From a bacterium (GTDB lineage: Bacteria; UBA8248): 64,000 bases of DNA. The stretch lies in the NCBI GenBank assembly GCA_965219955.1, contig OZ244799.1:2496001-2560000 (forward strand). Direction: 5' to 3'. Made by a program: the position numbers and the translations under genes. Below, piece after piece: positions 8,666 to 17,570 of the stretch. The first letter of the stretch is position 1. Each line of letters begins with the position of its first letter. Below the pieces are notes generated by a model. It was not told where the DNA came from. It did no database searches and was given only the letters and a program-made list of their open reading frames with translations.

Positions 8666-10108
8666 TCAATCGGTCGGTGTGGGAGAGCCGAAATAGCCGC
8701 CCCCGCTCAGGACGGCCTCTCTCCCGCCGTATCGCGCCACCAGGGCCGCCTGATCGGCCCTGGCTTTTCTGTCTGCGGCCTCGGGGTCGACGACCCCCCG
8801 AAGCGCTGTTTCGAATTCTTCGATAAGGGAATTGTAGCCGGGTTCCCGCGCGAGGTCGAACGTTTCTTCAGGGTTGCTTTCGAGGTCGAAAAGCTCGGGC
8901 GCGAAGTCCACGTAGTGGATGTACTTGTACCGACCTCGACGCAGCATATATCCCCCGGTGGGCGCGCCCGCCGCGTGGTATTCGCTGAAGACGGCGCGCT
9001 CGGGATCATCCGCAGAGTCCGCCAGGCCAAACCACGATTCGCCGGGCAGTTCGCGCTTTTCTTCTTCGGTGGGCTCCTCGCCAACGGCGGCCAGGATGGT
9101 GGGATAGGCGTCGGCGAGCGAGACGGCCGTCCGGCGTACCTTTCCCCGGGGGACGTCCGGCCCCGCCAGCACGAGCGGTACGGCGGCCGATTCCTCATAG
9201 AGCGTGCTCTTGCCCCAGATGCCGCGCTTGCCCAGGCTCTCGCCGTGGTCGCTGGCGTAGACGACGCGGGTTCGCCCGGAGAGCCCCGCCGCCTCGATAG
9301 CGCCCAGCACCGCGCCTACGTTCGCGTCCATGAACGAGCACATCCCGAAATAAGACGCGACGGCCACGCGGCGTTTCTCCTCGTCCATGTAGTCGTCATA
9401 CGGCCAGGCCTTTCGTATCGCGCGCACCCAGGGGTGGTGCGTCGGGTCGTTGGCGGATTTGGGCGGAGGCAGCGGCATCTCCTCCACCGGGTACATCGCA
9501 TAGAACTCGGGCGGCGCCACGAGCGGGTAATGCGGCGCGAGAAAGGAGACGAACAGCACCCAGGGCGACTCGCCATCTTGCCCGCCCGCCTCTTCTATCC
9601 ACTTACAGGCCCGCTCGGCGATCTGCCTGTCGTAGCGAAGGACACTCGAATCGCCCGGCCCCAGCTGCTCGGCGAGTCCCCTGGTGGCGGTCTTGGGCGG
9701 CATCTCGGCGCGAAGCGCGCCCGCGAGGTCGCCACGTCCGTCCTTGACGTGCATGGGGAGGATTTGCGCGTCCAGCCCGGTGGGGTCGGTCGTGTTCCGG
9801 TAGTGCAGCTTCCCGATCGAGACCACCCGGTGGCCGGTGGCCTGCAAACGGTGCCCCCAGCCTGGGATACGGCCGTCATAAGGATGCGCGTTGTCCCAGT
9901 AGCCGGTCTCGTGCGCGTAGCGGCCCGTGGCGAAGCTCGCCCGCGCGGGCACGCAGATGGGGCAGTTCGTGTAGGCGGCGGTGAAGCGCGTCCCTGACGC
10001 CGCGAGGGCGTCGATGTGCGGGGTCTTCACGATCTCGTGTCCGTAGCAGCCGAGGGTCCGCGCGTTGTGCTCGTCGGACATGATGAAGACGAAATTATGC
10101 GGTTCCAT
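8666..10108 (-). CDS. Sulfatase (choline-sulfatase-like)
   Basis: IMSDEH, TPHID, CPICVPARASFATGRY (CxPxR FGly motif), GKLH, SDHGE. Confidence 0.92.
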   Translation of the reverse strand: MEPHNFVFIMSDEHNARTLGCYGHEIVKTPHIDALAASGTRFTAAYTNCPICVPARASFATGRYAHETGYWDNAHPYDGRIPGWGHRLQATGHRVVSIGKLHYRNTTDPTGLDAQILPMHVKDGRGDLAGALRAEMPPKTATRGLAEQLGPGDSSVLRYDRQIAERACKWIEEAGGQDGESPWVLFVSFLAPHYPLVAPPEFYAMYPVEEMPLPPPKSANDPTHHPWVRAIRKAWPYDDYMDEEKRRVAVASYFGMCSFMDANVGAVLGAIEAAGLSGRTRVVYASDHGESLGKRGIWGKSTLYEESAAVPLVLAGPDVPRGKVRRTAVSLADAYPTILAAVGEEPTEEEKRELPGESWFGLADSADDPERAVFSEYHAAGAPTGGYMLRRGRYKYIHYVDFAPELFDLESNPEETFDLAREPGYNSLIEEFETALRGVVDPEAADRKARADQAALVARYGGREAVLSGGGYFGSPTPTD

Positions 10109-10309
10109 TCATGAGTCCCGAAAATGACGCCAATGTCATGATGAATGCTCCGTTGCATGTTACCACAGGGCGGGGATTTCCAACGTGGGACGGTACAGGT
10201 TACAGGGGCAATCCCGCCGATAAGTGGCTCCGAAGAAAACAACCAGCGGAATTGCTCCAGCTATTCTGCGCAAATCAAACGAGGGGGATGCTTCCAAGTG
10301 AAAACGTTT

Positions 10310-10397
10310 GACGGCGACACCTTCAAGGTCGAGGCCAGGCCCTGGCCGGGCATTCTCGCGCAGGCCAGCGTGCGCGTGCGGGGCGTCGACGCGCCCG
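10310..10397 (+). pseudogene. 88-bp internal fragment of the thermonuclease gene (copy of 13658-13745)
   Basis: 85/88 identical; encodes DGDTFKVEARPWPGI.AQASVRVRGVD. Confidence 0.85.
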
Positions 10398-10515
10398 GGA
10401 TTCTCCGCGCTCCTGGGGCTTCACGCGCATCGTGGCGAACGGTCGGACAACCTGATATGATTCCTTCAGTCTAATCTTGCGGCCAATCCCGAGAGACAAC
10501 GAGGAGACTGGAACC

Positions 10516-11514
10516 ATGAAGCTACATCTGCGCAAGATCGTCCTGGCTCTAGCCGTAGCGTTACTCGGGATTTCAGGCGGCGCGCACGCAGCCGACGTCA
10601 CGATCGGTTATCAGCTCCTTTACGGGCCGTGGAAGGCGAAGATGAAGGAGATCAAGGCGAAGGGCCTCGGCGGCAAGAGCATCGAATTCGTGAAATTCAC
10701 CTCCGGAACCGAAGTGATCAACGCGATGGCGTCGGGTTCGGTGGACATCTCGCTCAGCGGTTCGTCGCCGACGGCGGCGGGCTACAGCCGTGGCGTCGAC
10801 CTCCATGTCGTATACGTCTACGACAACATCAACGACGCCGAAGCGCTGGTGGTGGACAAATCGATCACGGCGCCCCAGGATCTCAAGGGCAAGACGATCG
10901 CGGTGCCCTTCGTTTCCACCACCCACTTCCACATGATGTTCGCCCTGGAGCAGTTCAACATTTCTCCCCGGTCGCTCAAGGTCATCGACATGTCGCCGCC
11001 GGATATGCTCGCGGCCTGGGAGCGCGGCGACATCAACGGCGGTTTCGTCTGGGATCCGGCTCTCGGGCGAATGAAGCAAAAGGGTCGTGTCTTGATCACC
11101 TCCGGCGATCTCAGCAACTGGGGCAAGGCGACCTTCGACGCAATGGTCGCGCACAAGAACTTCACCAGGAAAAATCCCGAATTCGCCTGCCAGTGGGTGA
11201 AGATGGTGGCGTCGGCCGATGCGGACTACCGCGCCAACCCGGGCAAATACGGGCCGGGCACGGCGAACGCGAAGGCCATCGCCGCTTCGGTCTCCGGCGA
11301 TGAGGTCCGGGTCGGAGGCGTGCTCGCTCTCTACGGCTATCCTTCGCTGAAGGAGCAGATTTCGGCGACCTGGCTCGGAGGCGGCGTGCAGAAAGCGCTC
11401 AGAGCGACTTCGGAGTTCCTCAAGTCACAGGGCAAGCTCGACAGAGTGCCCAAGAGCTTCGCGGGTTCGGCGACGGCGAAATTCGCCAAAATGGCGCTGG
11501 AAGGCGGCTGCTAG
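10516..11514 (+). CDS. tauA: Taurine ABC transporter substrate-binding protein
   Basis: Signal peptide; F.SG.EVINAMASGSVDI, EALVV, DLKGKTIAVPFVSTTHF, AAWERGDI.GGFVWDP. Confidence 0.85.
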   Translation: MKLHLRKIVLALAVALLGISGGAHAADVTIGYQLLYGPWKAKMKEIKAKGLGGKSIEFVKFTSGTEVINAMASGSVDISLSGSSPTAAGYSRGVDLHVVYVYDNINDAEALVVDKSITAPQDLKGKTIAVPFVSTTHFHMMFALEQFNISPRSLKVIDMSPPDMLAAWERGDINGGFVWDPALGRMKQKGRVLITSGDLSNWGKATFDAMVAHKNFTRKNPEFACQWVKMVASADADYRANPGKYGPGTANAKAIAASVSGDEVRVGGVLALYGYPSLKEQISATWLGGGVQKALRATSEFLKSQGKLDRVPKSFAGSATAKFAKMALEGGC

Positions 11515-11619
11515 ACGCCGCGGGACGGCTGCAATCAGTCTCGGGATGGCGCGCGAAGTCGATATGACGAGCCAGCCTGTGCGCGAATCCCGCGGCCAAT
11601 CACGCAACGGAGCAGGCCA

Positions 11620-12420
11620 ATGACTCCGGTCGTCAGCCTCGATCACGTCGGCATGACCTTCCCCGCCCTGCAGGGGCTGGGCAGCGTCCAGGCGCTCGAA
11701 GACGTGAACTTCGAGTTCCGCGAGAACGAGTTCGTGGTAGCACTCGGCGCTTCGGGCTGCGGCAAGACGACGCTGCTCAACGTCATCGCCGGCTTTCTGC
11801 CGCCCACTTCCGGCGAAATCCTGCACAAGGGCGACCCGGTGAGCGGGCCGGGCCGGGACAGGGGCGTCGTATTTCAGAAACACGCCCTGCTGCCGTGGCT
11901 CAACGTCATCCAGAACACCGAGTTCGGGCTCAAACTCCAGGGCGTGGCGAGCGCCGAGCGAAGGGCGAAAGCGCGGGAGAATCTGGCCCTGGTGGGTCTG
12001 TCGGACTTCGAGAACTACCCCATCTACCAGCTGTCCGGAGGCATGCAGCAGCGGGTGGGTCTGGCCCGCGCCCTGACCTGCGATCCGGATATGCTGCTCA
12101 TGGACGAACCGCTGGGCGCACTCGACGCCTTCACGCGGGAAAACATGCAGGAATTGATCCTCGACGTCTGGCGCAAGACCCGGAAGGTCGTCTTTTTCAT
12201 CACGCACAGCGTCGAGGAAGCGCTGTTCATGGCCACCCGGCTGATAGTGATGTCGCCTCGTCCGGGCCGCATCACGCACGAATACGAACTGGATTTCTAC
12301 AAACAGTATTTCGAAACGGATGATGCGCGCCAGGTCAAATCGTCGCCGGATTTCATCAGGATGCGCGAAGAGGTACTTTCCATCATTTACGGTGAAGAGG
12401 TCAGCGAGTCGCCGTTATGA
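11620..12420 (+). CDS. tauB: Taurine/sulfonate ABC transporter ATP-binding protein
   Basis: [42 protein letters not shown]. Confidence 0.88.
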   Translation: MTPVVSLDHVGMTFPALQGLGSVQALEDVNFEFRENEFVVALGASGCGKTTLLNVIAGFLPPTSGEILHKGDPVSGPGRDRGVVFQKHALLPWLNVIQNTEFGLKLQGVASAERRAKARENLALVGLSDFENYPIYQLSGGMQQRVGLARALTCDPDMLLMDEPLGALDAFTRENMQELILDVWRKTRKVVFFITHSVEEALFMATRLIVMSPRPGRITHEYELDFYKQYFETDDARQVKSSPDFIRMREEVLSIIYGEEVSESPL

Positions 12421-13310
12421 AGACCGGAATTTTCTGGCGCCGTAAAACGGAGACCGTAGACCAGTACGGCGTGCCGGGACGCGGCAACAGCACGGCGATC
12501 AGCGTCGCAACCATCGTGCTGATCCTGGGCGGCTGGTGGGTCGCGACCCGGCTCGAACTGATCCGGCCGCTGTTCCTGCCCTCGCCCGAGATGGTCATCT
12601 CGAAATTCAACAAGATCGCGTGCACGAATTACTATTTCGAACAGTTGCTGGTTGCGGTCGGCGCCCGCGACGAGGCCACGGCCGTTTGCCACGGCTTCAG
12701 CGAACACGCCCTGCACGAGCACATTCTCTGGAGCCTCTACCGCGTTTTCGGCTCCTTCCTCCTTGCTGTAGTCACAGCGGTGCCCATCGGCATCTCCATG
12801 GGGATGAGCCGATACGCGCGCGGCGTATTCGACCCGCCGGTCGAGTTCTACCGTCCCATCCCGCCGCTCGCCTATCTGCCGCTGACCATCATCTGGTTCG
12901 GCATCGGGGAGTCCGGCAAGTTCTTCCTGATCTATCTGGCGTGCTTTGCGCCCATCGCCATCAACGCGCGCGCCGGCGTGCGCTCGGTGTCGGTCGAGCA
13001 GATACACGCGGCGTATTCGATGGGCGCGACGAGCCGGCAGGTGATCAGTCAGGTCGTGATCAAGGCGGCGCTGCCGGAGATCCTCACGGGAATGCGGGTC
13101 GCGATCGCCTTCGGCTGGACGACGCTGGTCGCCGCCGAGATGGTTGCGGCCAAGGCGGGGATAGGCGTCATGGTGCTGAACGCCGCCCGCTTCCTGGCGA
13201 CCGATATCGTGTTCCTGGGTATTTTGGTGATCGGAGCGGTCGCATTTGTTTTCGACCTTCTCATGCGGCGCATCGAAGTGGCGCTCGTCCCGTGGAAAGG
13301 CAAGGCCTGA
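12417..13310 (+). CDS. tauC: Taurine/sulfonate ABC transporter permease
   Basis: [38 protein letters not shown]; ATGA coupling to tauB. Confidence 0.88.
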   Translation: MKTGIFWRRKTETVDQYGVPGRGNSTAISVATIVLILGGWWVATRLELIRPLFLPSPEMVISKFNKIACTNYYFEQLLVAVGARDEATAVCHGFSEHALHEHILWSLYRVFGSFLLAVVTAVPIGISMGMSRYARGVFDPPVEFYRPIPPLAYLPLTIIWFGIGESGKFFLIYLACFAPIAINARAGVRSVSVEQIHAAYSMGATSRQVISQVVIKAALPEILTGMRVAIAFGWTTLVAAEMVAAKAGIGVMVLNAARFLATDIVFLGILVIGAVAFVFDLLMRRIEVALVPWKGKA

Positions 13311-13543
13311 CGGCGTTCCCGAATCGCAGGCGGCGGCCTTCGCCGCTGGGTGAACAGCAAGAAAAATTGGCCTGCCGGGGGTCGTGACGACGCTGCGGAA
13401 GGGATTGGCCGCCCCTGCGGAGAACCACCCTCCTCTCGAAAACCCCGTTCGCAAATCTTCTTTTCTCCTGTACTCTTTTTGAACGACCCGTCTGCTACGA
13501 AGAGAACCCGAAGCACCACACGAGGAACACGAGGAGACCCGAG

Positions 13544-13984
13544 ATGCGCTTAAAGACCCGACTCATCACCTGCGGAATCATCACCCTGGCCCTTGCGTTC
13601 GCGGCCAATGCGGCGGCTTTCGATCAGCGCGTGCCGGCGCGCGTGACGAGAGTCATCGACGGCGACACCTTCAAGGTCGAGGCCAGGCCCTGGCCGGGCA
13701 TCGTCGCGCAGGCCAGCGTGCGCGTGCGGGGCGTCGACACGCCCGAGACCGGCCGACGGGCGAGGTGCGGCGACTACGAACGCCGGCGGGGCCGCGCTGC
13801 GCGCGAGTTCGTGCGGGGCGTCATCGGCGAGCGCGTCTGGCTCATCAACGTCAGCTACGGCAAGTACGCCCGCCGCGTCATCGCAAGCGTGTGGCTCGCG
13901 GACGGGCGCGACCTCGCCACGCTGCTCCTCGCCACCGGCCACGCCCTGCCCTACCGGGGCGGACGCCGCCCGAGCTGGTGTTGA
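13544..13984 (+). CDS. Secreted thermonuclease (SNase family)
   Basis: Signal peptide; VTRVIDGDT, VRVRGVDTPE, GKYARR, G.DLA..LL..G.A. Confidence 0.88.
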   Translation: MRLKTRLITCGIITLALAFAANAAAFDQRVPARVTRVIDGDTFKVEARPWPGIVAQASVRVRGVDTPETGRRARCGDYERRRGRAAREFVRGVIGERVWLINVSYGKYARRVIASVWLADGRDLATLLLATGHALPYRGGRRPSWC

Positions 13985-14172
13985 GGGGGTGGCAACGGAA
14001 CTGATGAACCCGTAGGGGCGGCTCGCGAGCCGCCATTTTGAAAACAGCGGACTTATCCTGACGTGAGCGGGTGGGAAATTATTCGTTGAGGGGCTTTCCG
14101 CGCCAGACCAGTTGCTCGCCCGTTTCGGCATCATAAGTAGGCAGTGTCTCAGTTTGAAACTTTAGGAAGCAT

Positions 14173-14210
14173 AAAAGGGGGCCCTCACATCGGAAGGCCC
14201 CCCTTGATTT
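14173..14210 (-). terminator. Terminator for the AT-rich minus-strand genes
   Basis: AAGGGGGCC...GGCCCCCTT preceded by an A-run on the + strand. Confidence 0.6.
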
Positions 14211-14346
14211 ATTTGCTCTTTTTCATCGAAGAACCTATAGAAGCCGTGCCAGATTGCATTTTTTGATAAGGATACACAAGCTTAGGAGGAGGGGTTTTAA
14301 TATCTCTTTTCCTGTGATTGATGATTTGTTCATTCTTATCCGACAT
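14209..14346 (-). CDS. Small basic hypothetical peptide (45 aa)
   Basis: MSDKNEQII...KKSK overlaps the end of the upstream gene and ends at the terminator; GGAG upstream. Confidence 0.4.
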   Translation of the reverse strand: MSDKNEQIINHRKRDIKTPPPKLVYPYQKMQSGTASIGSSMKKSK

Positions 14347-15175
14347 GATCCGTCTCCATAGGATTGAGAGATGCTGGATAGTAATGTTTCCTTTTGATCC
14401 ACTTGAATCCCTCATGCTTCGTCACTGTCGCAATATCTGTTTCTCCTCCAACAATATTTGCTGAGGGCAGAAATGAAAAATACTTCTTTGTTAAGTCTAC
14501 AAGAAAATCGGCTAGATTTATAGCGTCTTGTACCGGCATTGCCGCATGTATTAGAGGAGCCCTCGAAGCCAGATCAATGTCATTAATTATTTCCTCTATT
14601 TTAGTCGGGGGAAGATTTTGTTTTGATAGAGCTCCATACAATATTTCCACATTGGAACCAAATATTAGGCGATTTATCGCATCTTTTTGCCCACCCCAAA
14701 TTACATCGGTTTGATCTTGAGACAAAATTATTAGCGGATCTTTTACGTCTCCATCCAGAATAGAAAGTTCCCATATTTCTCCCTGAGCATCGTTTGAACC
14801 ATAGCCGCCAATCCAGAAAATAAAATTGGAATTTACCGGGGTAGGGTCTAATTCTTCATATTTTGACTTGAAGAATTTGTGTGATTTTTCAGCGACTTCC
14901 TCGATGCTATAATTATATATATCGAGTCCATAAGCACCATCTGTTGTTAGCAGCAACCTTAAATCTTTAGCTAAATTACTGATTGATGCAGGACCAAAAT
15001 TTCCCATCCCAGAGGTCATCGCAACGATAGGAAGTTTTTTGTGTAGATTGAAAACCTTAATGCCATGCTCCCATATATTTGCAATCGTTCCAGGTTGTTC
15101 GCTTAACATAGTCGAAGCGCTATCTGCCGCGAATACAATACAGTTAAAGACTTTAACACCAACACATACAGTCAT
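14336..15175 (-). CDS. Proteasome beta-subunit-like Ntn hydrolase, AT-rich
   Basis: N-terminus M-T-V-C-V-G-V..IVFAADS (Thr1 nucleophile pattern as in Anbu/proteasome beta); C-terminal VGGETDIATVTK; AAGGAG SD. Confidence 0.65.
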   Translation of the reverse strand: MTVCVGVKVFNCIVFAADSASTMLSEQPGTIANIWEHGIKVFNLHKKLPIVAMTSGMGNFGPASISNLAKDLRLLLTTDGAYGLDIYNYSIEEVAEKSHKFFKSKYEELDPTPVNSNFIFWIGGYGSNDAQGEIWELSILDGDVKDPLIILSQDQTDVIWGGQKDAINRLIFGSNVEILYGALSKQNLPPTKIEEIINDIDLASRAPLIHAAMPVQDAINLADFLVDLTKKYFSFLPSANIVGGETDIATVTKHEGFKWIKRKHYYPASLNPMETDHVG

Positions 15176-15444
15176 ATTCGGACTCCTTTAAAATTTATGC
15201 GGCTTACTTCCGCTTTCGATACGTTTTCGTCCAAATCGGTTTCAGTTAGCACGCATACGGCGACCCACAGCGCAATCGGCGCTGCGAGGAACAAACCGAG
15301 ATTGCGAATCGTCGTTGAGGGTGATTCAAAGCCATGTTGTATATTGCGCAACCAATCCCAAAGCCACCAGATCATACTAATTGCAAGGAACGCTACAATT
15401 AGACCCGTCGTATACCACCCTGCATTTCTTCGAACATGAGTCAT
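15172..15444 (-). pseudogene. Truncated membrane protein (two TM helices, resembles N-terminus of pentapeptide-repeat proteins)
   Basis: WDWLR...ESPSTTIRNLGLFLAAPIALW then an unrelated-looking tail; the family call is from recollection only. Confidence 0.4.
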
Positions 15445-15488
15445 GAAAGCATGATTCCTTGCCAACCCTTACAAAGAGATTTTCTTAT

Positions 15489-15986
15489 TCACATAGATGG
15501 ACGCAACTGGCTAATGGGAATCCACTCTTCATCCCCAGGTTGCCTGACTTGCCAGTATATCCAGCCGTTAAGCTGGGGACGCTTCCCATCCTTTGTGCGA
15601 GCGACGCCGCCGGCGGCCTTGGAAGGGCTCCCGAAGCGTTCGCCTTCCACCATCCATCTGCCATTATCGATGACGCCGGTATAGAAGCGTCCCCGGTATT
15701 CCATCCGTAACTCCGTTCCGTGAGGCAAGGTGACGCCCTTACCCCACCACGACTGTTCTGAATCATCAGTCGATAACGAGCGTCCACTCATGAATTCCAG
15801 GCTTTCACCAGACAAGATTTGTCCGTCGTCTACATGAGCAAGGTGCTGCGATGTTGGTGGATCATCGTCTATAATATCTAAAAGCCTACGCAAAACAGCG
15901 TTGGGCGAATCATCGAAGCTCCGCCTCGCCTCCTCAATTTTCTTATGGACATCAAAATCAATCTCTATCCGACGCAGTTTTTGCAT
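15489..15986 (-). CDS. Putative DNA-binding protein: SeqA-N-like region plus RAMA/DUF2924-like domain
   Basis: IEIDFDVHKKIE...SPNAVLRRLL; GVTLPHGTELR, F.SPSKAA, LNGWIYW; AGGAGG SD. Confidence 0.65.
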   Translation of the reverse strand: MQKLRRIEIDFDVHKKIEEARRSFDDSPNAVLRRLLDIIDDDPPTSQHLAHVDDGQILSGESLEFMSGRSLSTDDSEQSWWGKGVTLPHGTELRMEYRGRFYTGVIDNGRWMVEGERFGSPSKAAGGVARTKDGKRPQLNGWIYWQVRQPGDEEWIPISQLRPSM

Positions 15987-16191
15987 TATGGGTCCTCCTT
16001 TTAGATGAAACGAAATTCAAGATTGGTTGAATTTTATGGTGGAAAATAGTGGCTGTCAACAGAATAGCAGATTAGTAGTATAGTATATTTCGAGATTGCG
16101 AACCAATCCGCAAATTGTGGGACGAACCTATAAAAAGTCCGCCTCTATGGATGATCTTCTTATCTCTTGAATTTCGTTGGAGGTTACGGCC

Positions 16192-16295
16192 TCACCCCAC
16201 CACCTCCCGACACGCCGCTTCGATGTGCGCTTGTCCGATCTGGAGGGCGTCGTAGACCTCGTGGGGGAAGCCGCTCTGGCCGAACTGGCCGGCGC
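16192..16295 (-). pseudogene. Diverged copy of the last 104 bp of the aceE-like gene, including a stop codon
   Basis: Ungapped alignment to 18806-18909; several synonymous changes; EVVG-TGA vs EVLG-TAG. Confidence 0.85.
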
Positions 16296-16365
16296 GCCGC
16301 CCACGATTCAATTTTGTCGAAACAAAGCCCTTGACAAAATCCGTTTAATTTTCCACCATGCTCTT

Positions 16366-16525
16366 GCCAAACAAATCCCAAGGCCCTGAAGTCGGGCCGC
16401 CTGCTGAATACAAGACCGCTTCCTTGCGGAAATAGGCAGGAACCCCTTCACAATTGGGATTTGTTTGGCGACCGACCCGGCCTCGCTGGGAGGTCGGCGA
16501 AATCCCTATACCTGAAAGGGGGAAA
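16366..16525 (+). promoter_or_regulatory. Candidate structured 5' leader RNA
   Basis: About 16-bp perfect stem GCCAAACAAATCCCAA/TTGGGATTTGTTTGGC enclosing internal hairpins; TTGACA at 16331. Confidence 0.45.
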
Positions 16526-16528
16526 GTT

Positions 16529-16945
16529 ATGAGAATCATCGTTGTCCTATCACTCGTCGCTGCATTCTGTTTCACGATGCTTTCACCGGCTCAAGCCGAC
16601 GAATCCATGCGAGGCGCAAGGCTGTCCAAATGCATCGAGGCAGGAATAGGCGGGCGTATGCCGAAGGATGTCGCCAAGGATCCCGCCGCCTTCATCAAAA
16701 AGGAAATGAAGGCGAAGAGTGGTTTGGGAATGGCTTGTGGGTGGATCCTTCGCGCCGAAGGCGCGCTTCTCAAGTTCATGTCGGACCGCGACAAATGGGC
16801 CGGCCTGTGCGCCGGCCTTCGGGACGGCCTTTCAGGCGCGCATCCAGGCCTCGTCAACGAAAAGTTCTTTACTGCGATTGGATGCGCTCCTTCCCCGCTT
16901 TCGGGCGGCATGATAGGCGTTCACGGGCGATCATACCCGAACTAG
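16529..16945 (+). CDS. Secreted hypothetical protein with four mature-region cysteines
   Basis: Signal peptide ending AQA; AAAGGGGG SD; terminator downstream. Confidence 0.7.
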   Translation: MRIIVVLSLVAAFCFTMLSPAQADESMRGARLSKCIEAGIGGRMPKDVAKDPAAFIKKEMKAKSGLGMACGWILRAEGALLKFMSDRDKWAGLCAGLRDGLSGAHPGLVNEKFFTAIGCAPSPLSGGMIGVHGRSYPN

Positions 16946-17022
16946 AATACGCCGCGAGGCATCTTTCGCGCCCCTTTTGGTGAGGGTCGCGAATATGGGC
17001 GGAGCGGAGGTGTCCGCGGCCT

Positions 17023-17050
17023 AAAGCCCCTCTCTTTAGAGGGGCTTTTC
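17023..17050. terminator. Bidirectional terminator hairpin
   Basis: AAAGCCCCTCT-CTTT-AGAGGGGCTTTT. Confidence 0.7.
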
Positions 17051-17165
17051 GCTTTTCGAGGTAACTGAAATGACGTCTCTATTGCTTGGCGTCACGATGC
17101 TCCCGTTTCCTGCTGCTTGTTCGACCAATACGCTCAAAATCAATTCGCAAGGTGATGTGGAAGAA

Positions 17166-17244
17166 GCGACCTCGCCACGCTGCTCCTCGCCACCGGCCAC
17201 GCCCTGCCCTACCGTGGCGGACGCCGCCCGAGCTGGTGTTGAGG
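17166..17244 (+). pseudogene. 79-bp copy of the thermonuclease 3' end (13908-13986)
   Basis: 78/79 identical, includes the TGA stop. Confidence 0.9.
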
Positions 17245-17261
17245 AATCAAACGCGAGTGAA

Positions 17262-17533
17262 GAGGGGTTGTTGAAAAAGCCCGAGGAGAGAGGAATCACT
17301 CCCCCCTTGAGGGGGAGTCAACGAGGCAAGGGCGAAGCCCGCAGGCGAGTTGGTGGGGGGACATGCCACAGAAAAACTCCCCCCACCGATTCAGCCTTCG
17401 CATAAACCGCTCGGCTTCATCGTCTGGCTTTCCCCTCGGGAAGCCAGACCCTCAAGGGGGGAGTGGTTTCTTCTCTCTCGTCAGTTGCCTAAATTCCCAA
17501 AATCGCTCCACGGGGCTTTTTCAACAACCCCTC
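17262..17533. mobile_element. MITE with 21-bp terminal inverted repeats
   Basis: GAGGGGTTGTTGAAAAAGCCC ... GGGCTTTTTCAACAACCCCTC; palindromic non-coding interior. Confidence 0.75.
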
Positions 17534-17570
17534 ATCAATCGCGTTCGCCCTTCGATACGCGGCTTCGCCG

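Noticed and set aside
13987-16191. Integron cassette array
   Set aside because: No convincing RYYYAAC/GTTRRRY attC folds around the AT-rich genes, and the two integrases are arm-type rather than IntI
16381-16455. tRNA or hammerhead ribozyme
   Set aside because: No T-loop TTC/CCA pattern, and no CUGANGA core with a three-stem junction
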